From positions 1-41,034 of the IMG/VR virus record IMGVR_UViG_3300031949_000088: a DNA stretch of 41,034 nt; one strand, written 5' to 3'. This document shows positions 20,347-28,568 of this stretch, one piece after another. A model generated the notes under the pieces. The model made no database searches, was not told where the DNA came from, and worked only from the letters and a program-made list of their open reading frames with translations. Both the position numbers and the translations under genes were made by a program. The first letter of the stretch is position 1. The number at the start of each line of letters is the position of its first letter. This DNA comes from a virus. Lineage: Duplodnaviria > Caudoviricetes.

Positions 20347-20421
20347 GTCCCTAATTATGGGGACTGGCGCTGACCCTTCCAATGAGACGCGGGTACTAAT
20401 TTGACGGGTAAAAAGCCTTAG
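20344..20421 (-). promoter_or_regulatory. conserved upstream element copy 2
   Basis: Shares the blocks and spacing of 13907-13983, including AAAAAGCCTTAG and GGGTAC. Confidence 0.6.
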
Positions 20422-20423
20422 GA

Positions 20424-20702
20424 CTATGGGCCTAGGACTGCCATGCGCCTCAGCTCTGGCCACGATTCGTTACAGGCGTCAGTGTGTTGCCTGCCGTCCG
20501 TTTCGTAGCATCGCGCACAGCAGAATTTTACATGGTCGATATCCGAAGCGCAGCAGGATCGGCGGACGCAGCGGCCCATCGCGCAGTAATGGGCGTCGAT
20601 GGTCTCGCCGTCAAATCCAGGGTGGCCCGGACCTGGCAAGGCGTACACCGTGATAACCGGACCCGAGGGCCACGAATTCGCAGCTTGTTTCGCTTTCGCC
20701 AT
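20424..20702 (-). CDS. small Cys-rich protein, leaderless
   Basis: TATACT 6 nt before ATG 20702; CC..CC.RC cluster. Confidence 0.55.
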   Translation of the reverse strand: MAKAKQAANSWPSGPVITVYALPGPGHPGFDGETIDAHYCAMGRCVRRSCCASDIDHVKFCCARCYETDGRQHTDACNESWPELRRMAVLGP

Positions 20703-20825
20703 GTCGAGAGTATACGACCCCGCTGAGTATTTTTGACACACTACCCCCATTTGCGGCTCTACCGCGTGTGCCGCCCCGGAAAATTTTCGGCCGATCCCGC
20801 CGCAACTGGCGTTGCCGGATCCCGA

Positions 20826-21060
20826 CGCCGAAAAAGGCGGTGGAGTACTCCTGAAACACGAAACCCATTGCATGTTTTAACGAAACCGGTTGCGCAGCCC
20901 ATCTCTATAAGTAGTAAGCTCTTCTCTGAAAGCTCTAAATACTCTAGTCAGCAGCAGCTATAACTGTGTAAGAGTACCGGAACCCTGGTTCGGAGCTGCT
21001 GCTGGTCTTCTCCTTATATTCCCCATCCTCAAGGGGAACAAAACAGAAACCCCTAGAAGG
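20826..21060. other. candidate replication origin / control region
   Basis: Partial iteron AACCGGTTGCGCA at 20884-20896, adjacent AT-rich tract, 11-bp inverted repeat 20949-20959 / 20994-21004. Confidence 0.5.
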
Positions 21061-21076
21061 GGGTAGACACGTGGGT

Positions 21077-21261
21077 TATAATAATTTCTGTTGGTAGTCC
21101 CTTCTCTGGCCGATTAGGGATCATGCGTTCTTTCGTTGGTAGTGCCGGAACAACAGGCAGTGAAGAGCCTCTCTTTCCCGGTGCTACCAGCGAAGGGCAA
21201 AAAAGAAAGAGGAAGTCTTCATGACCGTTCAACCTGCAACCTGTTCGAAAGGCACCTCACG
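21077..21261 (+). ncRNA. structured 5' leader of the replication gene (pseudoknot or alternative-fold candidate)
   Basis: TATAAT at 21077; stem A 21127-21148/21178-21198 with several G-U pairs; stem B 21161-21177/21205-21221 interleaved with A. Confidence 0.55.
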
Positions 21262-22527
21262 ATGAGTGCCGCCGCACAAGTAGCCCCCCGCAAAGTTACA
21301 GACGGCTGGTGCCAGATCCCCAATAGCCTGATCGAAAACGCCCGCACCCTCACAGCGGCTGAATTCTACCTTTCGCTGATCGTGCTGCGAAAAGACAAGC
21401 GCCACGGGCCTGTAGTGCTCACGGCAAAGAACTGGCAAGAGTGGACCGGGCTTTCTCCCCGCATGATGGACTATGCGACTGCCGGTTTGACCCAAAAGGG
21501 CTTACTCAAAGTCGAGGGACGCGGGGACAAAGCCACCTACGCTTTCGATGACGACAAGTGGGAAACGTACCTCAGAACGGCAGCGCCGGAGGAAAGGCCA
21601 AAGACCCAGGGCCGCAAGGCCGTCAAACCCGTGGCCGCAAAGCCGGGAGCCATGGTACACCCCGAATGCGCTCATGAGTGCGCCCTGCTGAAACAGGACC
21701 GGCAAGAGACCAAGGGCGGTATAACTCTGGTGCCAGCCCCCGTACCGATCGCGCAACCGGTTGCGCAAACTGCCCCGCCCACCCCATCCAATCCCCGAAG
21801 GAGTGTCAAACAGATGCACAGCGAAAGTCCTTCCGCTGCAACAAACTTTGCGCAACCGGTTGCGCAAATCGACCATTACGCCCTGGCCTGGTCGCTCACC
21901 CTATCGACCCTCCAAGCAATTTTCCCCGACGTGGGAACGCCGTTCCTGGTGCAGCTTCTCAATTCCGTTCGTTCCAGTGGTTTCGCCGATGTGACCGATG
22001 AAGAGTTGAGCGTTGCCGTACAGCGTGCATGGAATCGGAAACGCAACGTCCAAAAGGGCGAAGGCTTATTCCTGCTGACCGTCCCGGACGCGGTGCGGGT
22101 GATTCGTGGGACGCCGAAACGCGACGTGGAAGCGGAACAACGGTCTGAGTTCCAACGGCAACAAACGGCGATCCTGACCATGATCGGCAAAGTCGCCACG
22201 ATCCTGCATGAGAAGGGTTTCGATAAACCTGCCGGCCGTCTCGATAAACTCAAGGCGGAATTCGCGGGCAGCGATCCATTGCGCGGCGACGGCATGGAGC
22301 AGCTTGAAAATCAGATGGCGGAGATTGAGCGCGAAGCCGTCAAGCTATCGCTGGCCAATCTGACCCCGGACGAAAAGCGGGAAGCGAAAGAGCTGGCGAA
22401 GCGATGCGCGAAGCCCTACGCGGAACGGATGTCGCTTGACCAGGTGGCGGAAATGGAAAACCAGTTCATGGAACGGGCCGCGCTGAACGCCTTGGGAATT
22501 CCGCGGTTAAGTTTGTTCTACGTGTAA
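21262..22527 (+). CDS. replication initiator, lambda O / replisome-organiser-like N-terminal winged HTH
   Basis: DGWCQIPNSLIE...WTGLS...L.QKGLL; Pro-rich linker containing palindromic repeats; GAAAGG SD before ATG 21262. Confidence 0.7.
   Translation: MSAAAQVAPRKVTDGWCQIPNSLIENARTLTAAEFYLSLIVLRKDKRHGPVVLTAKNWQEWTGLSPRMMDYATAGLTQKGLLKVEGRGDKATYAFDDDKWETYLRTAAPEERPKTQGRKAVKPVAAKPGAMVHPECAHECALLKQDRQETKGGITLVPAPVPIAQPVAQTAPPTPSNPRRSVKQMHSESPSAATNFAQPVAQIDHYALAWSLTLSTLQAIFPDVGTPFLVQLLNSVRSSGFADVTDEELSVAVQRAWNRKRNVQKGEGLFLLTVPDAVRVIRGTPKRDVEAEQRSEFQRQQTAILTMIGKVATILHEKGFDKPAGRLDKLKAEFAGSDPLRGDGMEQLENQMAEIEREAVKLSLANLTPDEKREAKELAKRCAKPYAERMSLDQVAEMENQFMERAALNALGIPRLSLFYV
21751..21868. repeat. palindromic iteron candidates inside the initiator gene
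   Basis: GCGCAACCGGTTGCGC (16 bp, 21751-21766) and TTTGCGCAACCGGTTGCGCAAA (22-bp perfect palindrome, 21847-21868). Confidence 0.85.
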
Positions 22528-22538
22528 AGGGGGAAACG

Positions 22539-22903
22539 ATGCCATTCGATCGAAGAGCCATTCTGAAATACTTCGGCCTGTCGGCAGCGATCGGCCCAGT
22601 CTATGGCCCGTCGCCTGGCCTACAACCGATATCCACATGCGCAGCTCTTTCGCGGAACGCTACAGACTCGAACTGTGGGTCGGAAAGAAAAACTATTTCC
22701 GTGCCCCGGTGGCGGCTTGCTTCGCAGTCGGCGATATGGAAGCCATGGACCGGCCCGCGCTCGGTCTGGTGCAGCTCGAAGTTCCGGTTATCATCGCGAA
22801 CCAGATGAGCTTCTTTGCAACGCTAGATGGCAAGCCTGAATACACCGATGAATTCAAGCTGTGGGTGGTACTGGGCAATTTGCACGCACGCGGGGTGCAA
22901 TAA
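22539..22903 (+). pseudogene. partial paralog of the candidate major capsid protein, preceded out of frame by a twin-arginine-like leader
   Basis: 22637-22903 has LWVGKKNY, IIANQMSFF and LHARGVQ*, matching FWLGKKEY, VIANQMSFY and LYARGVQ* of 37056-37751; 22539 frame begins MPFDRRAILKYFGLSAA. Confidence 0.7.
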
Positions 22904-23008
22904 CACCCCCGAAAGGGCGATTTTGGCGATTTAGCCAAACTGATCCCGATTGTGATGCGTGCCACGCATCCAAGCAAATGCGTACACGCATTTGTTATAG
23001 TGGGAGGC

Positions 23009-23446
23009 ATGAAGCATCCCCAAACTGACCCAAACGCCGTAAACGTCGATTCTGACCCCCAAGAAAAACGTAAGCGCTGCCTCTACACCGGCTGCCGAAA
23101 ACTCTTCACTCCGAAACGCCCCTGGCAGAAATTTTGCCCGCCCGCTCCGGGCAAACCATCCTGCAAAGATCAACACCATAATTTCGGCGATGCCTATGGA
23201 CATCTCACAAAGCGCGGTACCGATCGCTTGGTGAAAGAGTCGTCAAAGAAACTGGAGAAGGAACTTCCGAAGCTGGCAAAAAAAGCGCTGAAGGATTTAG
23301 AGGCGAGAGTGCATGCGCTGGAGAAAAAAGAAGCGGTCAACGCTGCGATCGTTTCGGATCTGCAAAAAGCGTTGACCGCGATTGGTGTGCCGGTAACTAG
23401 GGCTATGACGCTGGAGTCGTTTCCGCCGCGCCGTTCGCTCCGTTGA
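23009..23446 (+). CDS. Zn-finger plus coiled-coil protein, possible regulator
   Basis: CLYTGC...F.PKRPWQKFC...C; extended -10 TGtTATAGT before ATG 23009. Confidence 0.65.
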   Translation: MKHPQTDPNAVNVDSDPQEKRKRCLYTGCRKLFTPKRPWQKFCPPAPGKPSCKDQHHNFGDAYGHLTKRGTDRLVKESSKKLEKELPKLAKKALKDLEARVHALEKKEAVNAAIVSDLQKALTAIGVPVTRAMTLESFPPRRSLR

Positions 23447-25118
23447 CTGGTCCAGCAGGTGCCGTCGCTTGGGCCTGCTGCTGGGCAGCGGCTACGAATT
23501 CATCGAAGGCAAAGAATTCATCGACAAACTTTTTGTAGGGTCCGGGCATACCCTTCACGCGAGACCAGATTTCGTCATTGCCCCGCACCAGCAAATCGAA
23601 GTTCTTTTTTCCGAGCCGCGACTTGATCGCGTCATAGTGAGCGCGGCCTTGCTCGGTCGGTCCCTCTCCGCCTTCACACAGGATGAAGTGAGCAAGCGTG
23701 TAGCCCTTGGCATCGCGGGTTAGGAAGTGAGTCAGGAAGGGCTCTTCGATGCTCTGCACAAACTTGGTCCATCCCTGCCGGTCCTGATCGGCTTGGGAGC
23801 TAGCCTGGTGTTGCTGCGGGGCTGGATCGGGACCTTGCACGCCCGCGCCTTGCGCTTGCTTGAGAGCATCGGCAGGGGACACCGGCACCATTCCGGGCGG
23901 CTGCACTTTCGCGACTACGATATTGTGCGTGATGTTTGCCAGCAGAATTAAAACGGTCTGAGCGCCCGCCACCACAAGCGGGAGCGTGGTTTCGTTCAGC
24001 CAGCTTTCCTTTTCGGGCGGTGGCGGTGGAGCTGCTACTTGCTGGACCGCGCCCGCGCCTGGCCCTTTGCTCCATCCGAACAGTTCAGCGATTCGGCGGT
24101 ATTCCTCCGCCTGCTCAATGAAAGTCTTTTGAGGCGGGGCCGCTGCTGCCGTGACCGTTCCATTGCCGATCTTAGCCAGCACATCGGTCATGAACTTATT
24201 GTGGCTGTCCATCAAAGCCAGTTGGCGATCGTGGCCCTTCTCCACAATCTGTAGAACCGTGTTCATCATGCCGGAGTCGTCTCCTTTGCTGCTATTGCCC
24301 ATCATCTCGGCGGTAGCCTTGATGATTTCGACGGCGTTGTATTGCTTGCCGGAATTGTCGGCAACCATCTTCACCATGGTCTGCGCAGTCTCGGCTACCA
24401 TGTCGATCGCGCGGGTAGCCGCGATCGTTTGGGCGTCGGGGCCGCGATCGTGGGCCGCTGCTACTCTTGCCTCGGCCAGCTCTTGAGCCATCTCCACGCG
24501 CACGTTCGCATCGTCCACGCGATCCTTGGCCATGCCCAGCACGGCATCAGTCGAAGCCTTCAAGGCGTCAGTAATAACGGAACCAGTCCCAGCCATGTCG
24601 TCTACCTCCCTCTTTGCTTCCCACGGAAGTTCAATCCCGTTCAACCGGCAAAACTTGTAGTACTCCTCATTTTGCGTAAGGTGGGGAATCACCGTGTTGA
24701 TATCGAGCTTCGGCGGGTAATTCTCCTTGTCCTGCCGGTTGGAGCACCCGAGCAGCTCCATCATCGGGCCTTTCGCGCCCGTTTGATTCAGCATGAACTT
24801 GTAGTCGCCGCAACCCCACTTGTCGCGCATCCATGTTTCGTAGTCGGCGGGCCGGTCGAACGGCATGGGGCCGGTCAAAACCTCGATCGCGTAGGAGTTG
24901 GTGTTGGGATTGACCAGCTTTTCATCGGTACGCGGCCAGAGGCGATAGACCCACACTTCCAGCAGCGCATTGTCCGCGTGATCGGACAGCGATTTCCAGT
25001 ACTCGAAGAACTTTATGCCGGTTTTGGCGCGTTGATCGTCGCGGGCTTCGCGCGACTGCGGAGCCGGAAAGATGTAGTCCCACGTAGCGCTCTTCGTAGA
25101 TCCACTAGATTTTGCCAT
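23403..25118 (-). CDS. large hypothetical protein (571 aa), divergent from the structural operon
   Basis: Long ORF with GAGG SD and upstream TATAGT; aromatic N-domain, Ala/Met/Gln helical middle, one hydrophobic segment. Confidence 0.85.
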   Translation of the reverse strand: MAKSSGSTKSATWDYIFPAPQSREARDDQRAKTGIKFFEYWKSLSDHADNALLEVWVYRLWPRTDEKLVNPNTNSYAIEVLTGPMPFDRPADYETWMRDKWGCGDYKFMLNQTGAKGPMMELLGCSNRQDKENYPPKLDINTVIPHLTQNEEYYKFCRLNGIELPWEAKREVDDMAGTGSVITDALKASTDAVLGMAKDRVDDANVRVEMAQELAEARVAAAHDRGPDAQTIAATRAIDMVAETAQTMVKMVADNSGKQYNAVEIIKATAEMMGNSSKGDDSGMMNTVLQIVEKGHDRQLALMDSHNKFMTDVLAKIGNGTVTAAAAPPQKTFIEQAEEYRRIAELFGWSKGPGAGAVQQVAAPPPPPEKESWLNETTLPLVVAGAQTVLILLANITHNIVVAKVQPPGMVPVSPADALKQAQGAGVQGPDPAPQQHQASSQADQDRQGWTKFVQSIEEPFLTHFLTRDAKGYTLAHFILCEGGEGPTEQGRAHYDAIKSRLGKKNFDLLVRGNDEIWSRVKGMPGPYKKFVDEFFAFDEFVAAAQQQAQATAPAGPVNGANGAAETTPAS

Positions 25119-25195
25119 GTTTCAGCCTCTTGCTCCACTATAACTATAACAACACCTATCACTGTGCAAGCATTTGGGTTATAGTATCACTCTAG

Positions 25196-25891
25196 ATGAA
25201 GTCCCATGCGTACCATCCGAACTTCGGCCAGGTGATCCCTTACGAGATCATGACCCTGCCGGAGGACCCGGACCAGCAGGTAGCGGTGACGGTAGAACGG
25301 TTGATCGACAATGCACGCCAGGATCTTTCCTGTCCGTGGGTGCGACTCGCGGCTGCGAAGGCGTTTCAATTGGGCGCGAATCCCCGGCTGTCACCAGCTC
25401 GTCAAGCGATCGCCGGAGTCTGGACCTACATCAAATCGAAAATGCGGTTTCAGCAGGACGAACAGCAAGCCATGATGCTGCAAACCCGCGATCCCCGGCT
25501 GAAGGATGTTATCGAGGTGGTGATCCGGCCCTCGGACATGGCGCGGCTGATTGAAGAGCGCGGCCAGGGCTTTGAGGATTGCGACGGCTTCACCGGATAC
25601 GCGGCCTGCCTTTTGACCGCTCTTGGTGTGCCGGTGAGCTTATGCGTCGTGGCGGCAGATGAAGAAATGCCGAACGACTACAGCCACATTTACATCGTGG
25701 CTTACGCGGACGGCGAGCGGATCGCGCTCGACTTTAGCCACGGGCCGCGCATCGGTTGGGAGTGCCCGAACTTAGGCCGTCAACGCGAATGGCACATGGA
25801 CGGCTGCGGTCTGTTCGATTTGTTGGTACCGATCGCTCTGGCCATCGGAATGTTTTTCGCTGTGCCCCACCTACGAAAGGCTCTCGCATGA
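25196..25891 (+). CDS. transglutaminase-like Cys-His-Asp enzyme (candidate maturation protease) with C-terminal TM anchor
   Basis: EDCDG, YSHIY, IALD triad motifs; C-terminal LLVPIALAIGMFFAV then RK. Confidence 0.85.
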   Translation: MKSHAYHPNFGQVIPYEIMTLPEDPDQQVAVTVERLIDNARQDLSCPWVRLAAAKAFQLGANPRLSPARQAIAGVWTYIKSKMRFQQDEQQAMMLQTRDPRLKDVIEVVIRPSDMARLIEERGQGFEDCDGFTGYAACLLTALGVPVSLCVVAADEEMPNDYSHIYIVAYADGERIALDFSHGPRIGWECPNLGRQREWHMDGCGLFDLLVPIALAIGMFFAVPHLRKALA

Positions 25892-26190
25892 TTCGCGTCC
25901 CGTCCACTCGCCCTGGTCTTGGCTTCTCTGTCTCTCCCAGCTTTTGGGACAGCCTGCCGGATTTGATTACTGCTGGTGCCACGGGAACAACGGCCATTCT
26001 GCAGCAGGTTCAAAAGCCCTACGTCATTCCCGGCACCAACGTGATTTACAACCCGGCGAATCAAGGCACCGCTACGCAGGCCGGAGTGACTGCGCAAAAT
26101 TTTGGTCAGGGCGCCGCGTGGGGTATGACGCCTCTGGTTTTGATTGCCGGGATCGGCCTGGTCGTGTTCCTAATGATGGGGAAAAAGTAA
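25888..26190 (+). CDS. tail-anchored putative virion membrane protein
   Basis: ATGA overlap; MIRVPSTRPGLG leader; TM plus KK. Confidence 0.75.
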   Translation: MIRVPSTRPGLGFSVSPSFWDSLPDLITAGATGTTAILQQVQKPYVIPGTNVIYNPANQGTATQAGVTAQNFGQGAAWGMTPLVLIAGIGLVVFLMMGKK

Positions 26191-26201
26191 AAGGAGCCAA
26201 C

Positions 26202-26513
26202 GTGGCGGTAGTCATCAAAAGAGCAATCGCGGGCCGCATGGTAGGCGGCAAGTTCCGCAGAGGCGGAACGTCACAGAATATCGCCCAAGGTTTCTACGTG
26301 GGCGATAAGTTCCATCCGATCCGATCCTCGCCAGACTACGATCCGGCGCGAGCTGGTGAGGGCGGCAAGAAAAAGAAGAAGGCAAAGACCAAAGCCAAGG
26401 CCAAAGCCGCGCCTAAGAAAAAAACGAAGTCGAAGGCCAAATCCCCGAAGAAGAAGGCGGCTAAGAAACGCACGGCTAAGAAAAAGACTTCCAAAAAGAA
26501 AGGGCGTCGATAA
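26202..26513 (+). CDS. histone-H1-like Lys/Ala-rich DNA-condensing protein
   Basis: AAGGAG SD, GTG start; C-terminal half mostly K/A. Confidence 0.8.
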   Translation: MAVVIKRAIAGRMVGGKFRRGGTSQNIAQGFYVGDKFHPIRSSPDYDPARAGEGGKKKKKAKTKAKAKAAPKKKTKSKAKSPKKKAAKKRTAKKKTSKKKGRR

Positions 26514-26515
26514 CC

Positions 26516-26722
26516 ATGGCAGGCAAGCGCAAGCGCCGTATAAACTCCGGCGAGACACCGTTCCCGATGAATGAAATGATCCCGGTGGAAGCGATCATGT
26601 TCAAGGGCGACGGCTCGATCGACGTTGTGATCGCCGACGAAAACCTGCCTGACCAGCTCCGGCAGCCCATCGATAGCATTTCGAATCCGCGCCGCAAGGC
26701 GAAAGCGAAGCGCCGAAAGTAA
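26516..26722 (+). CDS. small core-like protein with basic termini
   Basis: KRKRRIN...SNPRRKAKAKRRK. Confidence 0.7.
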   Translation: MAGKRKRRINSGETPFPMNEMIPVEAIMFKGDGSIDVVIADENLPDQLRQPIDSISNPRRKAKAKRRK

Positions 26723-26724
26723 CC

Positions 26725-27450
26725 ATGTACGTACCAGCAGCGAACATCCACGGTCTGTTCATTCCCCACGCGGGAATGCTCGGCTATTCGCTGCTCGAAC
26801 AAAACGGCCGCCAGCGCCCGATCGGGCGTCACGGGGTCTACGTGCCGGCTGGTTTGGGGATCACCAAATCCAGCGCAACGAGTTTCGCGTTCAACACTGC
26901 GGGAACTACGCTGCTCTCTTTCGCCGGTGCTGCCGGACCTGGTGCGCCGTTCGTAGCCGCTGCTGGTGCCGTCGCGATTCTCGCTGGACAAATTGCAAAG
27001 GCCTTCGGCGGGTGTGGTGGAACCTGTACGGCTTCAACGCAGCTCGCGAACGATTGGAGCGATGCGGTAAACGAAATCAAGCGCATCTACTGGGGCACGC
27101 CCACTCCGCGCTATCGCAGCTTTCAACAGTCAACGCTCGATCAGTTGACGCAGGCCGCCGATTGGTTGCGTACCGGATGCAGCGACATCAGCCTGAAGGA
27201 AGCGGGTAAGCGCTGCATCTCCGAACGTCTGGAGCGGGGCGGTACCGCGCCGTGGTGCCCTACAGCCGATCACAAGGGCTGCGATTTCTACACCGTCATT
27301 TACGATCCGATCGCGAACGATCCCAACGTGGTCGATGATCCGCCCGGATTCGCAGAGGACATGTTGCCGTTCATGGGGGGAGGCAGCAACTCCACGACGA
27401 TTTTGCTAGTGGGCGGATTGGCTTTGCTGCTGCTGCTGACTCAGTTATGA
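26725..27450 (+). CDS. Cys-containing tail-anchored putative virion protein
   Basis: MYVP...VYVPAGLG leader, Ala/Gly hydrophobic hairpin, C-terminal TM. Confidence 0.8.
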   Translation: MYVPAANIHGLFIPHAGMLGYSLLEQNGRQRPIGRHGVYVPAGLGITKSSATSFAFNTAGTTLLSFAGAAGPGAPFVAAAGAVAILAGQIAKAFGGCGGTCTASTQLANDWSDAVNEIKRIYWGTPTPRYRSFQQSTLDQLTQAADWLRTGCSDISLKEAGKRCISERLERGGTAPWCPTADHKGCDFYTVIYDPIANDPNVVDDPPGFAEDMLPFMGGGSNSTTILLVGGLALLLLLTQL

Positions 27451-27457
27451 GGGACCA

Positions 27458-28015
27458 ATGAGAGTTTCGCAACGATCGCTAGCAGGATTGGATACTTCCA
27501 GTTTCGCGGTAGGTCTGGCCACCGGCCTATCGACGGGGATGGCGTCACGGTTGCGCGGGCTTTCCGCGATGTTACCCGGCGACACAGAATTTTTCGGACC
27601 TGGCGGGCGCTGGATTGGCAACGGCTGTTTCTTCGGGCCGCCTGAAGACTGGCCCGCTTTCCAGCGGATGATCTGCAAGGATTGCTACACGTCCTGTACG
27701 ATCCCTTGCCCTGAGGACACATGCGCCGGGGCCGTGGCCAGAGGCAGCAATCGAATCGCGGAGCTGTGCGCTCCCGGTTCGCCGTGCGTGCCCAAGCCCG
27801 CCGATGTGCCGTTGCAGGCCATCCCCACGCTCACTCCGCAGAACATCATTCCGCCCCTGCCCAATATCACGCGGACGCTTGCGCCGCAACCCGTCTCTGT
27901 CCCGAGCTGTGAGCCCTGGTGTGTGGTGAACGCATGGATTACGGAGAATCCCGCGCTGGCCGTGGCGATCGTACTCGGTGCCGCTGCTCTGCTGTGGCCG
28001 AAAGGAAGCCGGTAA
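27458..28015 (+). CDS. Cys/Pro-rich tail-anchored putative virion protein
   Basis: GAGG SD; MRVSQRSLAGL leader; many Cys; TM plus basic end. Confidence 0.75.
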   Translation: MRVSQRSLAGLDTSSFAVGLATGLSTGMASRLRGLSAMLPGDTEFFGPGGRWIGNGCFFGPPEDWPAFQRMICKDCYTSCTIPCPEDTCAGAVARGSNRIAELCAPGSPCVPKPADVPLQAIPTLTPQNIIPPLPNITRTLAPQPVSVPSCEPWCVVNAWITENPALAVAIVLGAAALLWPKGSR

Positions 28016-28016
28016 G

Positions 28017-28568
28017 GTGGACCAGAAAGCGCTCATCAAATTCGCGTTGATCGGCGGAGGCCTCGCCGCCCTGTACTTCTACCTTCGCTCCAGCGGACTG
28101 CTGGACCAATGGTTCGGCGGCAACTCGACGTTCGACAATAGCCAGCAGCTCTTGGCTTACTGTCGGCAGAATCCCACGGGCAGCGCATCGTTTGTCGACC
28201 CACAAGGCCAAGCTCACTCCGCGCCGTGTGCGCAGTGGCTCGCTTCGAATTCCGCAAACCCTACTCCGGCTGCAACGATAGCCGCGGATCCGGTTGCCAT
28301 GGTTGACCGGCTGCGCAAATGGGCGATCGACAATCCGATACTCGGCACCGACTCGGCGAACGTCGACCAGTGGAACTACGGTTTCCAGGAACTCAAGCCC
28401 GCTGGCTTTGTGCCCGTCGATAACAGCAAGGTCGGAATCGAGCGCGGAGTCAACGACGTGATGAACGCTGCGAAGTACATGCAGTTTCGCGGGCAGCTCG
28501 GCTTGGCTGGTCTGGCCGGATACGGGCCGACACAAGAGGCCTATCAATTTCCAGCGTGGTTACAGTGA
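28017..28568 (+). CDS. N-anchored putative virion membrane protein
   Basis: GTG start; N-terminal TM; ANVDQWNY motif; GLAGLAG near the C-terminus. Confidence 0.75.
   Translation: MDQKALIKFALIGGGLAALYFYLRSSGLLDQWFGGNSTFDNSQQLLAYCRQNPTGSASFVDPQGQAHSAPCAQWLASNSANPTPAATIAADPVAMVDRLRKWAIDNPILGTDSANVDQWNYGFQELKPAGFVPVDNSKVGIERGVNDVMNAAKYMQFRGQLGLAGLAGYGPTQEAYQFPAWLQ

Noticed and set aside
20703-21261. tRNA or other standard RNA gene in the largest intergenic region
   Set aside because: No cloverleaf or T-loop consensus seen; only the rep leader helices are supported
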